This document shows, piece by piece, positions 49,954 to 57,152 of a stretch of 64,000 nucleotides of DNA. Origin of the DNA: Candidatus Saccharimonadales bacterium (GTDB taxonomy: Bacteria; Patescibacteriota; Saccharimonadia; QS-5-54-17); contig JBBDUI010000002.1 of NCBI GenBank assembly GCA_040903985.1, positions 326,038-390,037 of the forward strand. The letters are read 5' to 3'. The position numbers were made by a program, and so were the translations under genes. Under the pieces are notes generated by a model. It had not been told where the DNA came from and ran no database searches. It was given only the letters and a program-made list of their open reading frames with translations. Every line of letters begins with the position of its first letter. The first letter of the stretch is position 1.

Positions 49954-50802
49954 CTACAGCTTGAGGCGTCTACTCAAACGGTCCACAGTATCCGGCTTGC
50001 GCTCCTCAAACGGAAGTCGATTCATCAGTATATCTAGTACTTGCTCTTCGGTCTTTGGTTCTAAGTTAACACTTAAGCTAGGCGAAAAACGCTTGGTTGG
50101 TATTAACTCTACAACTTGAGCGGTATCGCCCATCATACTGAAAGCCCGCAAGTCACTGAAAGAATAGTGTCTCTCACCAAGGGTAATGCCATCCTCGTAT
50201 AGCGCATATGACTCAAGGTGTCCATGGCGGCGATTCGACACGATCAGTGCCACTACACCTAAGATTACGGCAACCGCGCTAAGTACTGAGCTGAAGTTAA
50301 ACCCTCCCACTACAAACAAAGCTACCGTAACCAGAAGTCCTACGCCTCCGTAAACTAGCACCTGGCGCGAGCTACTACTGCCGCTGACCGGCTCGGCAGC
50401 CTGCCAAGAAAGCAAGGGGGCGTCGTCTGTCTGATCTACAGCCGGTGCAGTAGGATAATCTGCCGGATCGGTCGCCACCTCTTCCGGTAGTGGTTGAGGG
50501 GGTGTACCTGATGGCGATAAGGGCCGGTCTGAAACAGAGGGTACAGATGGTGTAGGAGTAAGGGGCTCGGCCACAGCGGCCGGTTCTGGAGCTACCGGTG
50601 GCTGCTGCTGCATCGCCATTTCTATCTGGGCGATCTCATCCGGCGTCTTGGGCGCGACTGGCTGAGACCCCGGAGCGGCCTCTTCTTTCACTACTGGCTC
50701 AGGTACTGGCGGCGGAGTCACTAAATCGGCCGGGCGATTTGCCGGTAGATCAGTATTGCTAGATTGAGGAGTAAATATTTGTCCGGGTCGCTGGTCTTTC
50801 AT
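49954..50802 (-). CDS. Hypothetical membrane protein with Pro-rich N-terminus
   Basis: About 125-aa P/E/A-rich region, two TM helices, beta-rich C-terminal domain. Confidence 0.7.
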   Translation of the reverse strand: MKDQRPGQIFTPQSSNTDLPANRPADLVTPPPVPEPVVKEEAAPGSQPVAPKTPDEIAQIEMAMQQQPPVAPEPAAVAEPLTPTPSVPSVSDRPLSPSGTPPQPLPEEVATDPADYPTAPAVDQTDDAPLLSWQAAEPVSGSSSSRQVLVYGGVGLLVTVALFVVGGFNFSSVLSAVAVILGVVALIVSNRRHGHLESYALYEDGITLGERHYSFSDLRAFSMMGDTAQVVELIPTKRFSPSLSVNLEPKTEEQVLDILMNRLPFEERKPDTVDRLSRRLKL

Positions 50803-50919
50803 AACTTGGATTATAGCAAACGCTTATGTTTTTAGCCCGCTCACTAATTAGCTTTGACTACTACTGCGACTCTAGTTTGCTTAAAATCATTGCTGTACAA
50901 TTAACTCTGACTGAGGTGA

Positions 50920-51009
50920 GGAGAGGTGGCCGAGCGGTTGAAGGCACTGGTCTTGAAAACCAGCAGGCCCTCACGGGTCTCGTGGGTTCGAATCCCACCC
51001 TCTCCGCCA
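50920..51009 (+). tRNA. tRNA-Ser(TGA)
   Basis: GGAGAGG, CTGGT-CTTGAAA-ACCAG, long variable arm, ends GCCA. Confidence 0.96.
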
Positions 51010-51086
51010 GTCGATAAGTGTTACACTTTAAAATACGGCCGAGCTGCAGCTATGCTCAATCGGAGAAGTACAGCTATCAAGCACGT

Positions 51087-51179
51087 GGAGAGGTACCCAA
51101 GAGGCTGAAGGGGCTGGTTTGCTAAACCGGTAGGGGGGAGCAATCCCCCGCGAGGGTTCGAATCCCTCCCTCTCCGCCA
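51087..51179 (+). tRNA. tRNA-Ser(GCT)
   Basis: GGAGAGG, CTGGT-TTGCTAA-ACCGG, long variable arm, ends GCCA. Confidence 0.96.
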
Positions 51180-51217
51180 AAGAAAAATCCTTGCATGAAT
51201 GCAGGGGTTTTTCTTTG
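51180..51217 (+). terminator. Terminator after the tRNA-Ser pair
   Basis: AAGAAAAATCCTTGCAT/ATGCAGGGGTTTTTCTT. Confidence 0.7.
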
Positions 51218-51247
51218 GTATAGGGAAGCAAATGAATAGTTTCAGTT

Positions 51248-51385
51248 GCGAGGGATTCGAGCAGGCGGAGCGATGTCTAAGTTTACCCTGCCAACGGCAG
51301 GGTAAGGCGAAGACCGCGAGCCATGCCGACGAGAAAATTCCGTCAGGAGTTTTACTCGTGGGGCGATAACCCTCCCTCTCCGCCA
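51248..51385 (+). mobile_element. tRNA-associated structured mini-element ending in a duplicate tRNA 3' end
   Basis: Starts with GAGGGATTCGA (antisense to the tRNA T-arm), internal hairpins, ends CCCTCCCTCTCCGCCA identical to 51164-51179. Confidence 0.55.
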
Positions 51386-51447
51386 GGAGAGTGTATCCGA
51401 GCTGTAAGCTCGGGTATAGTCTCCTGGACTGGGACTCGAACCTAAAT

Positions 51448-52119
51448 CTAATGTTTCGCTACCACCACCGCATCCACTCGTTTCGCGCCGCCCGCCCGCA
51501 AAAGTCGGGCGCATTCGTTTAGAGTGGCTCCAGTCGTCACCACGTCATCAACTAGCAGTACGCGTAGGCCTTTGACTCGGTCTGTACTCCGCAGCTTAAT
51601 GCTGCCCCTCACTTGGATTAAGCGCTGCTTGCGATCGGCACCGACCTGACGCAATCTACCCGCCTTATATCCCGTCTCGATGCAGGGTAGATCCATTAGA
51701 CGGGCTAATGCCCTAGCCAACTCTGCCGCCTGATTATAGCCCCGACGGCGAAAGCTGCGTGCAGTAGTTGGAGCCCAGGTAATCACATCGTAGCTCTGCT
51801 CCAGACTCACTAATTTAGTCGCTAGCAGTCGCGCCAAGGGAGTAGTCGCGTCTATACCGTTCTCGTACTTAAGGTAGCGAATCAGTTCCTTCACTAGACC
51901 GTCGTACTGGCTGGCCACCACCACCCGATAGAGCTGACTCTGCTTGCGGCAGCGGCTACAGGTACGAAAGCTCGGGCTGAGACGGTTACAGTTATAGCAG
52001 GTCTCTGCTCGGGGATTATCGAGATAGGGAAGGCAGTCGCGACATACCAGCTCACCGGTCGCACCGCAGCGACGGCAGGTGTGAGGCGCTATCAGTTTGA
52101 GGATTTGCTTGAAAAACAT
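51448..52119 (-). CDS. comF: ComF-family protein (zinc ribbons + PRTase domain)
   Basis: Four CxxC pairs, RRGYNQA, LLVDDVVTTGATL. Confidence 0.92.
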   Translation of the reverse strand: MFFKQILKLIAPHTCRRCGATGELVCRDCLPYLDNPRAETCYNCNRLSPSFRTCSRCRKQSQLYRVVVASQYDGLVKELIRYLKYENGIDATTPLARLLATKLVSLEQSYDVITWAPTTARSFRRRGYNQAAELARALARLMDLPCIETGYKAGRLRQVGADRKQRLIQVRGSIKLRSTDRVKGLRVLLVDDVVTTGATLNECARLLRAGGAKRVDAVVVAKH

Positions 52120-52208
52120 AGGATTTGCTTGCGTAAGTACACCTTATGTAGCTATAATAGGCGAAAATAGAAAACAAATGGAGTAACTAATACGCAAACG
52201 GAGGTGCT

Positions 52209-52685
52209 ATGGCTGCACGTGATAACGACCTAGATGATTTATTTGCCGAAGAACTCGAAGGTGATTTTTTAAATGATACCCCGGCTCAGACTAGCCCGGT
52301 AGCTGCTAACGACAGCGATAACAGTACGGAATCTGATGACTGGTTAGCCGAATCAGAAGTACCAGGTCAACTAGCGGTAGATGTCTACCAGACCAAGGAA
52401 AGCATCGTAGTGGTAGCTCCAGTCCCTGGCGTCAGTAAGGCCGACCTCGACCTTAGTATCGTCGAAAGCACCTTAACGGTCCGCGGCGCTCGCCGTGAGA
52501 GCGAGAAGATCCGTACTAGCGACTACTTCGTTCAGGAATGCTATTGGGGAGAGTTCTCTCGCTCTATAATTCTACCGGTCCAGGTCAAGGAAGAAGAGGC
52601 TGAAGCCGAGCTCAAAGACGGTATGCTGACAGTCACTATTCCTAAAGCTGAACAAGACCGCATCAAGAAGATCAGCATTAGCTAA
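52209..52685 (+). CDS. Hsp20/alpha-crystallin small heat-shock protein
   Basis: LAVDVYQT, PGV, ECYWGEFSRSIILP, AELKDGMLTVTIPK. Confidence 0.93.
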   Translation: MAARDNDLDDLFAEELEGDFLNDTPAQTSPVAANDSDNSTESDDWLAESEVPGQLAVDVYQTKESIVVVAPVPGVSKADLDLSIVESTLTVRGARRESEKIRTSDYFVQECYWGEFSRSIILPVQVKEEEAEAELKDGMLTVTIPKAEQDRIKKISIS

Positions 52686-52710
52686 ACTGCCCGGCGGTAG
52701 TCCGCACCCA

Positions 52711-52743
52711 AGAATAACCCCGCCATGATGGCGGGGTTATTCT
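52711..52743. terminator. Bidirectional terminator
   Basis: AGAATAACCCCGCCAT/ATGGCGGGGTTATTCT perfect inverted repeat between convergent genes. Confidence 0.8.
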
Positions 52744-52774
52744 CTTGCATCAACCTCTATGCACTCCGCTAGAT

Positions 52775-53122
52775 CTAAGTGGCGTTACCCTGGCTCAGCT
52801 GATCGATCACAAAGTCGACGGCAGCCCAGGATAGGAAGGCGACGATGATACCGATGATGGCGTAGAGAATAGTATTCTTAGCTCCTTCAACGGCACTGGA
52901 ATCACCTCCGGATACTACGTAGCGGAAACCACCGATGATTAGCATGATGACGGCGATGGCACCGAGTAGAGAAAGAAGGGTGTTAGCGATCGACTCAAAC
53001 ACCCCACCCGAACCGAATAAGCTATCGGCTACACCGCTGGGTTTAGTCGCATTAACCCCCCGCTCCAGGCTAGACTGAGCCACAGTATTAATAGCGCTTT
53101 GCAATATGCTGAGTTTATCCAT
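52775..53122 (-). CDS. VirB2/TrbC-like T4SS pilin 7
   Basis: GAIAVIMLIIGGFRYVVSGGD..V.GAKNTILYAIIG motif. Confidence 0.85.
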   Translation of the reverse strand: MDKLSILQSAINTVAQSSLERGVNATKPSGVADSLFGSGGVFESIANTLLSLLGAIAVIMLIIGGFRYVVSGGDSSAVEGAKNTILYAIIGIIVAFLSWAAVDFVIDQLSQGNAT

Positions 53123-53447
53123 AGTCTATGAGCCGAACTGTACGCCCGGCCGCTCCCTAGTTAATGATTAGCGAATTAACTATATTATACAATAAATTGT
53201 GCTTCATACAAAGAGTAACCGACCCTGGGTCGGGTCGGTTACTGACTAGCCTGGTAGACCAGATTCTTACTGAAGCTGATCGATCACAAAGTCGACGGCA
53301 GCCCAGGATAGGAAGGCGACGATGATACCGATGATGGCGTAGAGAATAGTATTCTTAGCTCCTTCAACGGCACTGGAATCACCTCCGGATACTACGTAGC
53401 GGAAACCACCGATGATTAGCATGATGACGGCGATGGCACCGAGTAGA
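52797..53447. repeat. 174-bp perfect direct repeat (52797-52970 and 53274-53447)
   Basis: Base-by-base identity across the conserved regions of pilins 7 and 6; partial third copy at 53807-53856. Confidence 0.9.
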
Positions 53448-53650
53448 AGGAGTAGGATGTTAGCGACTGTCTGGAAGACTCCACCGGCCTCAAACAAGGA
53501 ACTAGCTGTTCCTTCAGGCTTAACATCATTCAACTTATCGCCACCCAACTGGGCAAAGGCACTAGATGGTGTTAGTACGGCGGTAAAGAATATTGCCGCT
53601 TCTAGCAGCTTACGCTGAACGCCTTTCGAGATAGTTTGTAATTTTTTCAC
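53267..53650 (-). CDS. VirB2/TrbC-like T4SS pilin 6
   Basis: Signal peptide ending AFA-Q, same pilin motif; own TGCTATAAT promoter near 53700 and terminator at 53215-53242. Confidence 0.87.
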   Translation of the reverse strand: MKKLQTISKGVQRKLLEAAIFFTAVLTPSSAFAQLGGDKLNDVKPEGTASSLFEAGGVFQTVANILLLLLGAIAVIMLIIGGFRYVVSGGDSSAVEGAKNTILYAIIGIIVAFLSWAAVDFVIDQLQ

Positions 53651-53733
53651 TTAAATTCTCCTCTTATTAGATATTCTGTTTCGATGACTTATGCTGAAAT
53701 TATAGCATAATTGCAGACATTCAAAAATCTTAA

Positions 53734-54207
53734 CTATCGGGGTCTAGAAGTTCCACCTGCACCACTATTCTCACTCTGCGACTGAGTCGTTGTTCCGCTA
53801 TTAGCTAGCTGATCGATCACAAAGTCGACGGCAGCCCAAGATAGGAAGGCGACGATAATGCCAACGATAGCGTAGAGAATGGTGTTGCGTGCGCCCTGGA
53901 CGGCATTCGAATCACCCCCAGAGACGACGAAGCGAAAGGCCCCAATTACTAGCATGATAACCGCTACCGCCCCCAGCACGAGAAGGAGTACATCGATAAC
54001 CGTCTTCACCGTATCGATCAGCTCTGGGCTATCGCCACCCATACTACACTCACTACCAGTCCAGCTACCACCGGCACCGATACAGGCCGACTCCTGCGCC
54101 GTCTGGGCATAAACCACATTCACGGTGCCTACGGTGCCGAACGCGAGCACACCCGCTACTACGATTAACATGCTAGATAGTATTTTTCTCATCCTGTCCC
54201 TTATCAT
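53734..54207 (-). CDS. VirB2/TrbC-like T4SS pilin 5
   Basis: Signal VYA-Q, Cys pair, GAFRFVVSGGD..VQGARNTILYAIVG. Confidence 0.85.
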   Translation of the reverse strand: MIRDRMRKILSSMLIVVAGVLAFGTVGTVNVVYAQTAQESACIGAGGSWTGSECSMGGDSPELIDTVKTVIDVLLLVLGAVAVIMLVIGAFRFVVSGGDSNAVQGARNTILYAIVGIIVAFLSWAAVDFVIDQLANSGTTTQSQSENSGAGGTSRPR

Positions 54208-54566
54208 ACTGCACCCAGGGCAAACTGCACAATTATCTTAGCGGCAGCGGCCACCACTACCCCGACCAGAGAATAGATGATAGCCTCTCGGGCTCGCTTA
54301 GTCCGGTCCGGGCTACCCCCAGAGGTAGTGTAGATAAATCCGGCGACAATGATTACTACCACCGCTCCGATACCCATCACCCACAGTAGTAAGTCAGTAA
54401 TCGTATCGATGATACCAAGCACGGCATTTTGGTCAGCACTCTCACACTCCGCCCGATTGGGGTTATGCTGACAGACTATCTCCTGAGCTGACTGAGCTAA
54501 CGCCGGAGCTGCTCCGCTCAACATCATAACGAGAATTAGTCCGGTACTTATAATTGTCTGTTTCAT
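54204..54566 (-). CDS. VirB2/TrbC-like T4SS pilin 4
   Basis: Signal ALA-Q, Cys pair, AGFIYTTSGGS...KRAREAIIYSLVG. Confidence 0.82.
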   Translation of the reverse strand: MKQTIISTGLILVMMLSGAAPALAQSAQEIVCQHNPNRAECESADQNAVLGIIDTITDLLLWVMGIGAVVVIIVAGFIYTTSGGSPDRTKRAREAIIYSLVGVVVAAAAKIIVQFALGAV

Positions 54567-55063
54567 AGGTTATTTATCACAAAGTTTACGATAGTATAGG
54601 CCAGCACGCTAACCAATAGGCCGACTACGGCATAGAGGATAGTATTACGCGCGCTCTTCACTCCGTCCGGGCTACCGGCGGTAAAGACGAATTTGATCCC
54701 ACCGATGATAATGAAGACGGTAGCCAGCGCGCCAGTAATGACGAATACGATGTTAAGCACGCGGTTAAGAGCATTCTGATCCGCCTCAACATCCGGTATG
54801 CCTAGATCGTCTGCACTGCCCAGCGTACCAATATTAGCTGCTCCCGTACTGTCGACTCCGTTCTTATCTTCACAGAAGTCCACGCTATATCCCGGATATG
54901 GAGCTGGCTGTGGCACAGTCGTTCCATCATTACACTGCAGATCATCAGCATACACGACCGAAACACTCAGGTGCATCGTGAATGTAAGGATAACACTAGA
55001 GATCAATAGGAATCCGAAGACTCTAAGATCATGCGACGAGTAAATACCTTTTATAAAGTGCAT
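54563..55063 (-). CDS. VirB2/TrbC-like T4SS pilin 3
   Basis: Signal VYA-D, Cys pair, GGIKFVFTAGS..GVKSARNTILYAVVG. Confidence 0.82.
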   Translation of the reverse strand: MHFIKGIYSSHDLRVFGFLLISSVILTFTMHLSVSVVYADDLQCNDGTTVPQPAPYPGYSVDFCEDKNGVDSTGAANIGTLGSADDLGIPDVEADQNALNRVLNIVFVITGALATVFIIIGGIKFVFTAGSPDGVKSARNTILYAVVGLLVSVLAYTIVNFVINNL

Positions 55064-55417
55064 TTAGAATAGCCCCGCAACGAAGCCCACTAACGTACTG
55101 GCTAGAATCGCTATTACTAATCCTATCAGGGCATTAAGTAGTATCTTCTTTGCACTCTCGACAGCCGACGAGCTACCGCCGGAGGTGATGTAGCGGATAC
55201 CGCCGAAAATAATGAAGATTACAGCTAGTAGCCCAGCCAAGCGAATCGTTATATCCATGACGTTAGCTACTACTACCCAAAGATTATTAATATCCTGAAA
55301 GACTACCTGGCCTCCGTCACACTCTAGGCCGCGATACCAGTTAGGAAAGCCAAGGAAGTTGCTTGTACTCGGACACACTGCAGCAAACGTGTTTAGCAAA
55401 GGCTCAAAGTAGCTCAT
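55064..55417 (-). CDS. VirB2/TrbC-like T4SS pilin 2
   Basis: FLGFPNWYRGL, GGIRYITSGGS...VESAKKILLNALIG. Confidence 0.82.
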   Translation of the reverse strand: MSYFEPLLNTFAAVCPSTSNFLGFPNWYRGLECDGGQVVFQDINNLWVVVANVMDITIRLAGLLAVIFIIFGGIRYITSGGSSSAVESAKKILLNALIGLVIAILASTLVGFVAGLF

Positions 55418-55882
55418 CTATAGTATCCCTCCCGGAATTACGAAGTTAAGGATAGCCGCCATAAAAATAAACAGCAGCAGAGCCTCAAAAGCTTCCGTTA
55501 TCCGCTTTTTAGCGTGCGCCATACCTTCTGGGTTACCGGAAGAAGTGATGTACTGCACCCCACCAACCGTGATCATGAGGGCAATTACCAGGCCTACTCC
55601 ACCGGCTAAGAAACGAATGATCCAGCCCAAGTAGACAATAATCGGGTTAGTAGCTGCGTCGTCACCTCTAGGAACACAATTCTCCCCGTCCAGACCTACA
55701 CTGACATGTATCTCGTCATTTGCACAATGGTCGGCTATAACTGGAGCTACAGATAGTACCCCGATAAGGAGTATTACCCCAGCCAAAGAGGCGATACATA
55801 GTAATTTAAATTTGGCTCCGTTATTTATTTTTCTCATAGATTTAAGCAAATTATATAAGGTACTAAGTATTTCTACAACCAT
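55418..55882 (-). CDS. VirB2/TrbC-like T4SS pilin 1
   Basis: Cys pair, NPII, GGVQYITSSGNP....AKKRI, FVIPGG; start may be the downstream MRKINN. Confidence 0.8.
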   Translation of the reverse strand: MVVEILSTLYNLLKSMRKINNGAKFKLLCIASLAGVILLIGVLSVAPVIADHCANDEIHVSVGLDGENCVPRGDDAATNPIIVYLGWIIRFLAGGVGLVIALMITVGGVQYITSSGNPEGMAHAKKRITEAFEALLLFIFMAAILNFVIPGGIL

Positions 55883-55909
55883 ACAGCTGTTGCATGTTCT
55901 TTTCGCCTA

Positions 55910-55938
55910 TTGACATTTATAAGCACAGGTGTTATAGT
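55910..55938 (+). promoter_or_regulatory. Strong sigma70-type promoter
   Basis: TTGACA-17 nt-TATAGT with TGn extension. Confidence 0.7.
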
Positions 55939-55977
55939 TAAAAGTATAGATTTAAGTTCGAAAGGCTACTTTAAATC

Positions 55978-57099
55978 ATGCCTAACCCTAGCCAAGAGCA
56001 ACCACAGTTATTTCCGCTCGAACATGACAACCCTGGTGTAATAGCGCAACTTGAACAACCTCCTGCCACCGCTAATTATGAAACTACGGATAGAATACGG
56101 CAGATAGACCCCCGCACTGAGCAGGACTCCGATTCCATAGGCAGCTCTAGCGGGCTGCTAGATAAGCTCCGCAGTAACAAAACCGCCGCCGTATCTGCAC
56201 TCGGCGGGGCCGTAGTAGCGACCATTCTCTTCAATATGAGCAAGGGCAACGATGAGCCGGGGATCCGCAACACCGTGGAAGCGTCGGGACCAGCTGATAG
56301 TCTAGACCCTGAAGCTACTAGTACGCAGCCGGAGGGTGGGAATACTAGTGTGTCACCACCGACAGAGAGTGGTGCAATTGATCCTGCTCCTGTCTTTAGA
56401 GACCGCTACGAAAGCCCTATAAGCGGTAACTCTGCTCCACGTGAAACCTGGATTCAGCTATGGCGCATTGAGACAGATCAGTTAGCCGGTCCTAGCGCTA
56501 AAGAAACCGGCACTCTTTCGTATGTCGATAGCACTACGGCCGATCTTAAGGAAAGAGTCGGACTAGAAAGTACCCCAGAAAACCCGCAAGCACGACCAGA
56601 TACTATAGAAATAGCTGAAAACGTAGCCTACCTCTATGAGTATGAGGGGCGCACTATAACGATTGATCGGCCCGCAATCTATGGAATGCACTTTGCTCCA
56701 AAAGATGACGGTAGTTTTGAGGCTCAGTGGAGCTGGAACGCCACTCATGAAGCGTACGATAACTACACTTTGCTTTTCCCTCTTGATGGAGACATAGAGC
56801 AATTTACCGTTACTGGTGAAGATAGCGATGTTCGTTGGTTTACTCAAGAAGGAGCCCGACTACTCGGCCTCTTCTATACTGACGGAAGCGAAGAAGCGAG
56901 GCTATCGCAGGTGGTTGCGAACACCGACGAGAGTTATTTGCGACGCGAATCGATATCTAATCAAACACCTCGGCTTGACCTAGGCGTAGCCGAAACTAGC
57001 GAACACGCTACAATTTGGGATGCTTGGGATTCACTTGAGACCAAATACCCGCAACTAGTACCAGTAGAACTTTCCGAAATCTCAAACTTCGCAAAATAA
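55978..57099 (+). CDS. Hypothetical single-pass membrane protein inside the T4SS locus
   Basis: Disordered N-terminus, one TM helix, S/T/P linker, acidic globular C-terminal domain. Confidence 0.7.
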   Translation: MPNPSQEQPQLFPLEHDNPGVIAQLEQPPATANYETTDRIRQIDPRTEQDSDSIGSSSGLLDKLRSNKTAAVSALGGAVVATILFNMSKGNDEPGIRNTVEASGPADSLDPEATSTQPEGGNTSVSPPTESGAIDPAPVFRDRYESPISGNSAPRETWIQLWRIETDQLAGPSAKETGTLSYVDSTTADLKERVGLESTPENPQARPDTIEIAENVAYLYEYEGRTITIDRPAIYGMHFAPKDDGSFEAQWSWNATHEAYDNYTLLFPLDGDIEQFTVTGEDSDVRWFTQEGARLLGLFYTDGSEEARLSQVVANTDESYLRRESISNQTPRLDLGVAETSEHATIWDAWDSLETKYPQLVPVELSEISNFAK

Positions 57100-57152
57100 A
57101 CACTTGCATTGAGTGGTGTACAGTGAAGGGGCTTCATATTATACTACCTCAA

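Noticed and set aside
51421-51444. Additional tRNA on the minus strand (GGTTCGAGTCCCAGTCCAGGAG)
   Set aside because: Only a T-loop-like fragment with an imperfect stem right after the comF stop; no D or anticodon arm. At most another tRNA-end scar.
51242-51514. ORFs overlapping tRNAs and the tRNA-associated element (also 26627..26869, 48980..49177, 50826..51231)
   Set aside because: Shadow frames of RNA genes or structured DNA with no protein-like features.
52797-53856. CRISPR array or DGR template/variable repeat
   Set aside because: Repeats are long, in-frame coding and identical; no spacers, no adenine-specific mismatches, no cas or reverse transcriptase.
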